Assembly: GCA_963813055.1 (NCBI GenBank)
Contig: CAWEXM010000006.1
Coordinates: 364,433 to 428,432 of the forward strand
Length of the DNA stretch: 64,000 bases
Direction: 5' to 3'
Origin: an uncultured Solirubrobacteraceae bacterium
Lineage (GTDB): Bacteria; Actinomycetota; Thermoleophilia; Solirubrobacterales; Solirubrobacteraceae
Positions within the stretch are counted from its first letter, which is position 1. Every line of letters starts with the position of its first letter. The position numbers and the translations under genes are program-made. This document shows positions 16,253-25,170 of this stretch, piece by piece. The notes beneath the pieces are model-generated. The model was not told the DNA's origin. It did not search any database and saw nothing but the letters and a program-made list of their open reading frames with translations.

Positions 16253-18133
16253 CTACTTCGCGGCGCCTTTCGGCCTGCTCTTGCCGTATCTCTTACGGAC
16301 CTGTCGTTCGCATGTGCCGCGCTTCTTGCGCGGCTTCCTCTTGCACGCCTTGAGCGCTCTCGCGCGCTTCTGGGCGGTCGTCAGCGGTTTGATTTTGGAT
16401 TCGCTTGGGAAGGCGATCGCCGGAGTCGTGAGTAGCTGCGGGCTCGGGGGTGTGGCAAGCGGGTTCGAAGCGCCTGGGCTGAGGGCAGTGGTGAACGTAC
16501 CTTCAGACTTGCTGTCGCCATTTGAGTTGCTCGCGGTGAAGACGTAGTGGTAGAGGGTGCCCGGACTCAACGATCCAACGGAAAGCGAAAGAGGGGCCGC
16601 ATCGATGACGTTGCCAGCCGCTTCGTTCTGCAGCAGGCCAGGAGTGGTGCCGACCTGCAGTTCGTAGCGCGTGGTCAGTTCCTGCGGGTCGAGTTCCGCC
16701 GCGACAGTCGCACCGCTCGGGGTGACGTTCGACACCGACACTCCGCTCAGGATCGGAGGCGTCGGGGTGGTTGTGAAGGTCTCGTCTTCGCCGTAGACGG
16801 TCTGCGGGGTTTTGTCGCTGTTGTTGGTCGCGATGATGCGGTAGTGGTAGGCGGCGCCGTGTTTCAGACCCGTGAGGCTCGCGGTCTCGGGGACGGGGCT
16901 TTCGCCTTCTCCCGCATCGCCCGGTGTAAGCGGTGCCTGGGATCCGTACGTGGTGTCGGGGCCGTACTGGAAGAGGTATGTCGTGTCATCTTGAAGGCTC
17001 TGGCCGCTGCTGCCGGGGTTGACGGTTCCGGCGATTTCGGCGCTGTTGGGGGTGATCGATGACGCTTCGCCTGTGTTGACCGTCGGAGGGTCTGGGAGCG
17101 TGATGAACGTCGTGTCGCCGAGTGCGGTGAGGCCTTCGATGGTGCCGGTTTCGTTTGTCGCGACCGCCTCGTAGTGGTATTCGGTGTTCGGCTGGAGTTC
17201 GATGCCTTCCGCGTGCAGGTCGACGTTGATTTCGCTGTCGCCGAACCCGGCACCGAGTTCCCCCTGGGCGAAGACCGGGACGAGTGAGTAGCTGGTGTCT
17301 GTCCCGAGCGCGAAGTGGAAGGCCGTCGTCTGGTAGTTGGCGTTGATCAGCGCCTGCAGTTGCGCGTCGGTCTGGGTCACGTTGAAGGCGTTCTCGCCGT
17401 CGATCAGCGGCGCCGGCAGCGTCGCGGTTGTGAATTCTTCGACTTTGCCTTCCGTCGTGCCGGTCGCGTTGGTCGCGAGGACCCGGTAGTAGTAGGTCGT
17501 GGCGGGCGCTAGGACCGCACCGGTGGAGACGCTGGCTGGCTGGTTTCCGAAGCCCGACAGCTGGCTGGCGCCTTCGACAGTGGTGACGGCGCCTTCGAGT
17601 TCTTCGCCCGCCGGTTTGGTCGAGGAGTATTGGAAGGCGTAGACCGTTGCTTGATTGTCCGGGTTGACCTGTGCTTCCAGCGTCGCTTCAAACGGCGTTA
17701 TCGCAGGCACGCTCTCGCCTTCGACCGCGGGTGCGGCCGTCGACGTTTTGAACGTCAGCGGCTGTCCTACCGTCTGTTCGGTCACTTCTGCTTCGGTCTG
17801 GATCGCGACCGCGCAGAACGTGTAGGTCCTGTTCGGTTCGAGCCCGGTGACGCTCGTCGACACTTTGAGCGCTTCGCCTTTTTCCGGGGTTCCCGGTTCC
17901 GTGACGAAGACTTCACAGATCCCGTAGGGGCTGTACATGAACTCATAGCCTGTTGTGGCTTCCGTGTGCGGGTTCAGTTCGCCATGCAGGGTGGCTGAGG
18001 TGGCCGTGATTTCTTTGGCCGCTTCGGTTATGGGCGCTTCCGGGGCGGCGGCCCATGAGCTGGGGGCCTGAAGTCCTGCGACCATCAGACCGAGCACAGC
18101 CAGACCGACCGTCGAGAATCCTCGGGCGCGCAT
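16253..18133 (-). CDS. secreted acidic protein with about 5 Fn3-like repeats and a basic Cys-paired C-terminal tail
   Basis: Signal peptide; repeats of ATL.G..NP....T.Y.F.Y(G); tail ALKACKRKPRKKRGTCERQVRKRYG. Confidence 0.8.
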   Translation of the reverse strand: MRARGFSTVGLAVLGLMVAGLQAPSSWAAAPEAPITEAAKEITATSATLHGELNPHTEATTGYEFMYSPYGICEVFVTEPGTPEKGEALKVSTSVTGLEPNRTYTFCAVAIQTEAEVTEQTVGQPLTFKTSTAAPAVEGESVPAITPFEATLEAQVNPDNQATVYAFQYSSTKPAGEELEGAVTTVEGASQLSGFGNQPASVSTGAVLAPATTYYYRVLATNATGTTEGKVEEFTTATLPAPLIDGENAFNVTQTDAQLQALINANYQTTAFHFALGTDTSYSLVPVFAQGELGAGFGDSEINVDLHAEGIELQPNTEYHYEAVATNETGTIEGLTALGDTTFITLPDPPTVNTGEASSITPNSAEIAGTVNPGSSGQSLQDDTTYLFQYGPDTTYGSQAPLTPGDAGEGESPVPETASLTGLKHGAAYHYRIIATNNSDKTPQTVYGEDETFTTTPTPPILSGVSVSNVTPSGATVAAELDPQELTTRYELQVGTTPGLLQNEAAGNVIDAAPLSLSVGSLSPGTLYHYVFTASNSNGDSKSEGTFTTALSPGASNPLATPPSPQLLTTPAIAFPSESKIKPLTTAQKRARALKACKRKPRKKRGTCERQVRKRYGKSRPKGAAK

Positions 18134-21100
18134 CAGGCTTTCCTCCCTTTGCCGGCGACGGTTCGAGTCGCCTTGCGGCTCCTGCTGGCCTTCTTTGAGT
18201 TCGTTTTGTTCGCTTTCTGGCAGCCGGTGACTTGGATCGTCGTGGTGTGTTTGATGACCGCGCCGTTCTGTCCTGTCAGGGTCGTCGGCATCCTCAGCTT
18301 CTGCTTGCAGAGGTTGCCGTTGGCGGCGAACACGGAGTACCGGCCCTGAGGGAGGTAGAGCTCGAACGAGTTCACCGGGACATCGGGGACGCTCTTGAAC
18401 GTCGAGCTGGTGATGCCTTTCTTGATGTCCGTGTTACCGGTCAGATCGACCCGCACGCCATCGCCCTGCAGGATCACGACGAGGTCGGGGAACGCCGCGC
18501 CTCCGTGCGAGACCAGATACGCAGGGCCAGTGAGCGTCACCGGCAGGACCGGCGACTTCGCTCTCGCTATGCCGACGACCGATTCCGCCGGGCAAAGCGC
18601 TGGGTTTGCCGCGAAGACCGCCGCCGTGCATGCTTTGTTGAGCGTTGCCAGACGCGATGGCAACGCGAGCGGCAGGCTCACCCTGACCGAGCGGATGTTC
18701 GCCTCGCGGCCACTGGGATAGGTGACCTTCACGTCGAGGCTCGCGCCGTGAGCTTTGCTCGTCTTTCCACGCGTGGAGGCGGTCATCGACGGCTTGAATT
18801 GGAGGCCTTCCTTGCAGCCCAGCACCGCGAACGGACTCGAGACGCTCGCGGTGGCACCCTTGGCGCCGGCGATCGTCCCCGTGATGCTCTGCTGTTCGCA
18901 GTTCGACGGGTTGAGCATGAAGCCCGGACGGTCGACCGTTACGTTGACGGTCTTTAGCCGGAAGGGCACACCATCCTTGATCTGCGGCAACGGGCCACTC
19001 GTGACCGTCACCGCCGCGGTAGCGGGGTTCACGCTGATCGCGGCCCTCACGACGACGTTGCCGAGGTTGAACGGGCCTGCCTGCGCTGGCACGACCACCG
19101 ACAGGCCGAATGGGGCGCCGTTGTATGGGCCGGTGAGGTACACCCTGCCGCCGTTGATCCAGTAGGGGTTCGAGCCCGCCCCGACCGCCGCCGCGGTCGT
19201 ACCGATCTTCGAGGATTCTGGGCATTCGCCCGCAGCGGCCTGCGGTTCCTGGCACAACGGGACCTGCGAGAGCAGCCCCACCAAGCCGGGCGGCAGCGTC
19301 ACGCTGACGCCGGCCAGGTCCTGTTCGCCGTCGTGCCTGGAGAACGTCAACGTGAACGGGCTCGAGGACGCGGCGTTCGGGATCAGCGTGCCTGCGCTGA
19401 AAGACGGCGCAAACGGCAGTGACGATGGACATCCCGACCCACCCGCGCCGCTGAGCGAGAACGACGACGATGGGGTGGCGTCCGCTGAGGCCGGCGCGCT
19501 CCACGGCACGAGGTCCGACATCGTGGTGAACGTACCGCACGTCTGCGGGTTGGCAAGCGGCGCCTGCGCCCCGCCGTTGAGTCTCACCTTGAGTTCGCTG
19601 AACGGCAGCTGCGGGTTTTCCTTGAACGTCGTCGTCAGCTGGCCCGTGGTCGGGTTGGCCGACACCGTGCCCTTGAGCTTGACGATGACTCCTGAGCCTT
19701 CGACTTCGAGGTAGAGGCCGTACAGTTCGCCGTTCGTCGCGCTCGCCTCGCTACACGCCGGCTGACCGCCGCCGCCGCACTTGGGTTGAGCGAGGTAGAG
19801 GCTTCCCTGGAGCGGCTTTTCCAGCAGCGGAGTGACGACTTCGACTTCGCCGACGTTCGATGGGGTGGGACAATTACCGGCAACGCCGCTTTTGAGGCCG
19901 AACTGGGCTTCGGAGCAGGCCTGCAGGTTGTTGGCAGCTGACGGTGAGATCGATGTGCCCGGGGGCAGCGTCACCTCAACGTTGCGCAGCTCGGGCGCGG
20001 CAAGATCTTCTGGGGTGTCGTTGTGGGGTACCTGTAGGCTTACGGTGTAGCCTGATGGCGAGTCCGGCTGGCCTGTACGCGGGTGCACTTCGATCGATGG
20101 GCCGACCGATAGGGCTTCCGGGGTGAAGGAGAGGGCGTCGCAGCCGGTCGTGCCGGCCAGGTGTGCTGGTGGTAGCGGTGAAAGTTCTTCCAGGTTCGAC
20201 GCAGGAAGCTGCCACGAGTCGCCGGAGAAAGGGATTTCCAGTTCCCGGGAAGTGCAACTTGTGGGCAGCGTGAGGAACGGTTTTGCCGCCACATCACTGG
20301 GACAGCCTTCTCCGCAGCTCCCTTCCCTAGGTCCCAAGCGATACCTGTCGTGGCTCGCAGCCGCCGGGACGCCCCACACAGTCAACACGCTCATCTGGAG
20401 AGGATCTGCCTCGCTAATTCCCTGCACCTCGGCCGTAAGGCCGTAGTCTCCGTTGCTGCGCACGTGAAAGAACATTGGGATATGAAAGAAGCTAGCGATC
20501 GTGAAGCCAAGCTCGCCGGGCTCGCCAGGCGGCGGTTCGACGTTGTAGACGGGCACCTGCTGGGATCCGGTGGTGTTGCCGTAGAAGTACAGCTGCACTA
20601 CCCCCACCTGTGTGTCCGCGGGACAGTTTTGGCCGCCGTAGGACTGAAAGGTCGTCTGGTTGCACCGAGGAACGGCCAGTGGATCGCCGATCAATCCGGG
20701 GGGCAGCGCTACGTTCACGTCTCTGGCCTCGGAGCTCGGCACCGGGCATCCGTAGCTGCTCGGTTCGGGTTTACATTGATCGAATCGACTGACGGATCCC
20801 ACGTTGAACGCCAGGATCGAGGTGAACGCGAGCGGGTGCGAGCCCGCCTGTGTAGCGGGGCTGCCGTCTTCACCGGTCAGGCTCGTTGCGAGCGCCGCGC
20901 CGAACGGCACCGGTTGCGAACTCACCGGTGTTGTGCTCGTCGTCCGCGCGGTCTGAGTGCCGCCGCCTGAAATGGTCGCAGTGTTCAGGAGGGTCCCCGA
21001 CGCACCGGCAGAGACCGCCACGATTACCCTCATTTGCACAGTTTCTCCCGGCTGGACGGGGGCCGTCCCTTCACAGGTTACAGTTTGAGTCGCGCAGTTC

Positions 21101-21417
21101 ATTATGCGTTCACCAAAAAACGTCCCAGTTCCCGAGTCTCCTCGGATGGCCGTAGCGGTGACTCCGGGCGGCAGCGCGTCCCTCATCGTGAAGTTCGCAC
21201 CCGCCGCAGCGGCGCCGTCATTGACGGCCGCGACTTCGAAGTAGTCCCCTTCGTCGCCGGCTCTGAAGTACGTGGGCGCAGATGTCGAGATGAGCACCCA
21301 GTGCGCAGTGGGTGCCGCGGCTGTTGCCGCGGTTGGAGCAAGCATCGCGGCCGCGACAGCTGCCGCGATGAGCGCACCGAACAGCGGTGAGGCGTTTCGC
21401 AGGCGAGCGCGCGTCAT
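18133..21417 (-). CDS. large (~1094 aa) secreted Cys-containing beta-rich protein with internal repeats
   Basis: Signal peptide; DUF11-like N-terminal Ig domain (FTMRDALPPGVT, LLNTATISGGG); four repeats of V.LP.G...C......CP..S.(V/I)G; basic tail; ATGA overlap with the upstream gene. Confidence 0.8.
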   Translation of the reverse strand: MTRARLRNASPLFGALIAAAVAAAMLAPTAATAAAPTAHWVLISTSAPTYFRAGDEGDYFEVAAVNDGAAAAGANFTMRDALPPGVTATAIRGDSGTGTFFGERIMNCATQTVTCEGTAPVQPGETVQMRVIVAVSAGASGTLLNTATISGGGTQTARTTSTTPVSSQPVPFGAALATSLTGEDGSPATQAGSHPLAFTSILAFNVGSVSRFDQCKPEPSSYGCPVPSSEARDVNVALPPGLIGDPLAVPRCNQTTFQSYGGQNCPADTQVGVVQLYFYGNTTGSQQVPVYNVEPPPGEPGELGFTIASFFHIPMFFHVRSNGDYGLTAEVQGISEADPLQMSVLTVWGVPAAASHDRYRLGPREGSCGEGCPSDVAAKPFLTLPTSCTSRELEIPFSGDSWQLPASNLEELSPLPPAHLAGTTGCDALSFTPEALSVGPSIEVHPRTGQPDSPSGYTVSLQVPHNDTPEDLAAPELRNVEVTLPPGTSISPSAANNLQACSEAQFGLKSGVAGNCPTPSNVGEVEVVTPLLEKPLQGSLYLAQPKCGGGGQPACSEASATNGELYGLYLEVEGSGVIVKLKGTVSANPTTGQLTTTFKENPQLPFSELKVRLNGGAQAPLANPQTCGTFTTMSDLVPWSAPASADATPSSSFSLSGAGGSGCPSSLPFAPSFSAGTLIPNAASSSPFTLTFSRHDGEQDLAGVSVTLPPGLVGLLSQVPLCQEPQAAAGECPESSKIGTTAAAVGAGSNPYWINGGRVYLTGPYNGAPFGLSVVVPAQAGPFNLGNVVVRAAISVNPATAAVTVTSGPLPQIKDGVPFRLKTVNVTVDRPGFMLNPSNCEQQSITGTIAGAKGATASVSSPFAVLGCKEGLQFKPSMTASTRGKTSKAHGASLDVKVTYPSGREANIRSVRVSLPLALPSRLATLNKACTAAVFAANPALCPAESVVGIARAKSPVLPVTLTGPAYLVSHGGAAFPDLVVILQGDGVRVDLTGNTDIKKGITSSTFKSVPDVPVNSFELYLPQGRYSVFAANGNLCKQKLRMPTTLTGQNGAVIKHTTTIQVTGCQKANKTNSKKASRSRKATRTVAGKGRKA

Positions 21418-23687
21418 CGTCCCGCCCTCCGGCTCACGGGCGCAGGTCGTGGCCTCGGACACCGTCTCAGTGCGCGAGCACGCGCCTTGGCGTTCTTGAT
21501 CTTCTTCGCCTTGGCCTTGCAGGAGGGCTTCGCCGGCTTCGGCTTTGCCGGGGTCGGCGGCGGGAGGTCGCCCGACCCGGCTGTGACGCCTGGCAGGATC
21601 AGCTGCGAGGGCGGCGTCACCGACGGCTGCGCGCTCGTCGAGCCGCCACACCCGGTGCATGCCGCCACAGTGGACGGAGGCGCGAAACCGCCGCCCACTC
21701 GAGCGTCGTACACGTCGAAGAGGCCGTCCGTATCCGTAGGTGCGAGTCGGCCGAGTGTGGCGAAGAAGACGTTATTGCCGCTCGCGTCCGCGTCCAAAAA
21801 CACGTCGGTTGCTCCGCTTGCGCCACTGTTGTGAGCGGAGATGAGCGCGAGGCAGCCACCTTCGGTCCGACAGCTCCCGGATCCATCGAACTCGTGCTCG
21901 TAGAGCTTCGCATAGGCACCGACGACACCCGCGACGAGCGGATCAGGAGAGGAGAAGAAGAGGCGCGTGCCGTCGTCGCTGAGAACACGTGGCCGATGGA
22001 ACGAGGTGCTCGCGGTGTGTTCCGCTGTCGCGCCGATATACGCTGGTCCAATCGGTGGCGTGCCACTCGGATCGCACGAGGCGCAGAGGAGCGTGCCAGT
22101 GCTGGCACTGAACTCATAGACCTCACTATCAGGTCCTTGACTGATGCGGTCGGTGTTGTCGTAGCCGGTGAGGCTGCCCACCGACATGAACGCGAGGTGC
22201 TGTCCGTCGGGTGTGACATACGCCCGTCGTTGGGTTGAAATCGCCGACCAGTCGAGAGAATCGCCTTCGTTCAGCGTGGCGATAAAGCTGACCCCGGATG
22301 CGTGGGTGCTTGGGTCTTCGTGCCACACATATAGGTTTGGCGCGCCGGTCACTCCGACGCCGTGGAGCTGCCCGCTCGCGACGAAGTACACGTAAGGTCC
22401 ATCGGTCGCGGATTCCGAGGCGCCGACGACGCCGCGCACGCCCGCGCCTTCGGGATCGGAGGCGAATTCTCTGGTCAGATCGATCAGTTCGCCATTGCGT
22501 GCGCCCGGCGGCAGGTCGAAGCGATAGAGGTCTTCGTGTTCGTTGGCCACGCCGGTGTTCGATTCTGTCGTCAGCTCGGCCAAGCTGGTGAAAAAGACTT
22601 CCGAGCCATCGGTGGAGGCGCTCCGGAATGTGGCGGGCTCGGGCGCGGGGTTCGTGGGTTTTGCGCCGGGCGCTGGTTCGGAGATCTCGACCGTCTGCGC
22701 GCCTTCGAGCCGATCGTAGAGCTCAGGCATGCCTTGCTGTGCTGGGTCTGGCGCTCCGCCATCCGCGGCAGCCTGGAACACGACACGCGTTCCATCGGCC
22801 GAGATCGCATGATTGACCTCTGACCAGTGATCCGTTTCGATTTCCGTGCCGCCGGCGCCAGGGACGGCCCCGCCCGGAGCCATTTCTCCGTCAGGGAGAA
22901 TTCCGACCACACGAAGCTGCCCCCCGGCGTTTTCGTATAGGTTCCAGACCATCCCACCGGGAGCCCCTGTTCCAGTGAGGCTGTCGTTCGCCTCGAAAAT
23001 CACGTGCGTGAAATCCTGCGATGCACCCGCGAACACAGACAAGTCGAATCCCGGGAAGCACTCTTCGAATTTGTAGCATTCGGCGCCTGGTTCGGGAAAT
23101 TCCGAAGGGGCTGCCGTGTTCAGGAGCGAGTAAGAGCCGTCCGCCTTTCGCAGGAACAGGTTGTACAGTCCTTCGCTTCCGATGGGAAGACCCGCCAAAG
23201 CTTGTCCTGCGACCCTGATAGTCCACTGCGAGAGATCTTCGGAAAAGTTGAGGTATGCACCCCCGCCGCCCACCGGGGAGACCTGTGACGTCGGTGGGCC
23301 GACATCAGAGGTTTGCCAGTCGTCGCCCATGCGTGCGCTGAGCCGGAAAGCGGGACGAGTGCCGGCTTCTGCACCTGGGAGCGGTCCTTGCCCTATGTAC
23401 ATGACCGCTTCGCCATCGGGTGATGCCTGCGCGGGATACACCAGAAATGGAAGCCGCGACACGGCGTCAAAGCCACCCTTCGCGACGGGCGAGACCTGCT
23501 CGTAAGTCCGACAGTCGGGGAGGTATCCCGATGGGCCCAGTCGAAAACCAGCATTGGGACACAGTTCGGCACCGGCAACCACTGGAGCTACGAATGCTAG
23601 GTATCCGCCGGTTGCGCATCCAATCAAAACGCCCACCAATGCGCGCACCATGTGTCCCAAAGCCAACTCAATCCCTCCTCTTTTCAC
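21414..23687 (-). CDS. secreted TolB/PD40-like beta-propeller protein (true start may be 23651-23666)
   Basis: LPDCRTYEQVSP, repeated S.DG..V.F.(S/A) blades, DVYDARVGGGF, Pro-rich linker, basic Cys-paired tail. Confidence 0.78.
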   Translation of the reverse strand: MKRGGIELALGHMVRALVGVLIGCATGGYLAFVAPVVAGAELCPNAGFRLGPSGYLPDCRTYEQVSPVAKGGFDAVSRLPFLVYPAQASPDGEAVMYIGQGPLPGAEAGTRPAFRLSARMGDDWQTSDVGPPTSQVSPVGGGGAYLNFSEDLSQWTIRVAGQALAGLPIGSEGLYNLFLRKADGSYSLLNTAAPSEFPEPGAECYKFEECFPGFDLSVFAGASQDFTHVIFEANDSLTGTGAPGGMVWNLYENAGGQLRVVGILPDGEMAPGGAVPGAGGTEIETDHWSEVNHAISADGTRVVFQAAADGGAPDPAQQGMPELYDRLEGAQTVEISEPAPGAKPTNPAPEPATFRSASTDGSEVFFTSLAELTTESNTGVANEHEDLYRFDLPPGARNGELIDLTREFASDPEGAGVRGVVGASESATDGPYVYFVASGQLHGVGVTGAPNLYVWHEDPSTHASGVSFIATLNEGDSLDWSAISTQRRAYVTPDGQHLAFMSVGSLTGYDNTDRISQGPDSEVYEFSASTGTLLCASCDPSGTPPIGPAYIGATAEHTASTSFHRPRVLSDDGTRLFFSSPDPLVAGVVGAYAKLYEHEFDGSGSCRTEGGCLALISAHNSGASGATDVFLDADASGNNVFFATLGRLAPTDTDGLFDVYDARVGGGFAPPSTVAACTGCGGSTSAQPSVTPPSQLILPGVTAGSGDLPPPTPAKPKPAKPSCKAKAKKIKNAKARARALRRCPRPRPAPVSRRAGR

Positions 23688-23919
23688 GTTATGCGAATTC
23701 GCCTACTATATGTAGCGGTCTTGGGGCAGGGGAAGGCCTGTTTTTGACTACCCAGCCAGCCGTGCTGATAAGCGAGAGAATACGAGGCATTAGAATATTA
23801 CTGTGGTAGTCGCACTTGTCGGAGCGTTGCGGGCGCGAAGGCTGGGACGAGCGAGATGCGCCGCTCGCCCCAGCAGTTGAACTACCAGCTAATCATTATG
23901 CGCTCACTGTTGCTCTAGG

Positions 23920-24540
23920 CTATTTATCCCAGCCTAGCTTCCCACCGGCCTCTAGCCACGCTAAAGATGTACCTACGTATTCGGCGGTTTTTACTGTTCC
24001 TGCTTTGCCACATTCACCGCCCGATATGAAGGCCGTGATACCTTTGACTAAAGCATTGATTATCAGGCGACTAGGGTCAGCGGGGTCACTACCATAGTGC
24101 ACCCCGTCCAGGTTTGCGTTGCCACTCGGCGAGACTATGACCTCGCAGTTGCCGGTGAAACCTTTTACCGTGAGAATTACTGTGTTCAGCTGAGTGACTT
24201 TTAAGTCAGCACTGAATTCATATTCAGCTGGTGAGATTTGGGCGCCCACAAAGCCAAACGCCGTGCACCCCGAATAAATGACGATATCCTTCTGGGTTAA
24301 GGCCCGTAAGAATTCGGCAAAACCGTGCGACTTCGCGGATGTGCATTCGACTACTTTGCCGGCTTCGGTCGTGAATTTGTGGTTATTGGTGTTGATATCT
24401 AATATTAAGGCCGGAAAAGTACCGCCAGTGGGGTGGGCTAAGAATAAGCTGGCCGAAGCCGACGACACAGCGAGTCCGCTGAGCGCCAACACGGCTACCA
24501 GGGCAAAGCCCAGAGTTCTAATGCGTTGCATTTCGCACAT
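23920..24540 (-). CDS. small secreted beta-rich protein, candidate fibre subunit; visibly lower GC than the flanks
   Basis: AAGGAG RBS; Sec signal RIRTLGFALVAVLALSGLAVSSASA; 4 Cys in the mature part. Confidence 0.75.
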   Translation of the reverse strand: MCEMQRIRTLGFALVAVLALSGLAVSSASASLFLAHPTGGTFPALILDINTNNHKFTTEAGKVVECTSAKSHGFAEFLRALTQKDIVIYSGCTAFGFVGAQISPAEYEFSADLKVTQLNTVILTVKGFTGNCEVIVSPSGNANLDGVHYGSDPADPSRLIINALVKGITAFISGGECGKAGTVKTAEYVGTSLAWLEAGGKLGWDK

Positions 24541-24560
24541 ACTCCTTGTTCTGGATTGGT

Positions 24561-24588
24561 CGATCGGCCCTTGGTGCTCGTGATTTCA
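24561..24588 (-). promoter_or_regulatory. weak sigma-28-type promoter candidate
   Basis: TGAAA-N15-GCCGATCG on the minus strand upstream of 24540; the -35 is divergent. Confidence 0.3.
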
Positions 24589-24961
24589 GGTCGGAGGCCC
24601 AAGGCTGATCCGGATAACCGGGCAGTTCGCCCGGTACGAAGAGTTCAGCAGTAAGGACGAGTGCTGTCAAGGAAATCGCGCGATTGTTTCCTATATCGGA
24701 ATTTTGAGGGAAGATGGTGTCTTGATTCGGTGGCGCTCGACGCGGATCTCCGGCGGAGCTGCCGCGTGTTTCTGAGTAAACTTCAATATCTCCTCCGGCC
24801 TTGGGGCCCGCGGGGATTGGTCGGTCGGCGCCGGACGCTCGACATCAGGTCGGAGGCATCCGGCGCCGATCCCTTGTCGGCAAACGCCTAGGCCACATAG
24901 CTAGGCCAGCAGGTGGTACCAAAGCGCTCGGTCTTGGTCAAATGAGATGCTGCGAGTAGGC

Positions 24962-25008
24962 TGCGATGCCGGAGGAGGGACTCGAACCCCCGACACGCGG
25001 ATTATGAT
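24962..25008. repeat. att site: duplicated 3' portion of tRNA-Met
   Basis: 47-bp exact direct repeat of 30052-30098 (TGCGATGCCGGAGGAGGGACTCGAACCCCCGACACGCGGATTATGAT). Confidence 0.95.
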
Positions 25009-25092
25009 CGCTTCCCGGCTCCCCGGAATTGGCTCTGCTAAGCGGATTTAAGCCCAAGAAATATGGCCCGTTTGCGAACCGGCACGGCCCTC

Positions 25093-25114
25093 TAGGGAAA
25101 TCCTGGGGAAATCC
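25093..25114. repeat. putative integrase arm-type sites
   Basis: GGGAAATCC at 25095-25103 and 25106-25114; TAGGGAAATCC recurs at 29989-29999 near the other att. Confidence 0.55.
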
Positions 25115-25170
25115 GTGGCCCCTTCTCGCAACTCGTTGGCCGCTTCGAGTCGCTAGGGGTCTACAACACC

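Noticed and set aside
24962-25008. Second tRNA gene
   Set aside because: Only the 3' part up to the anticodon loop is present; it is the att duplication
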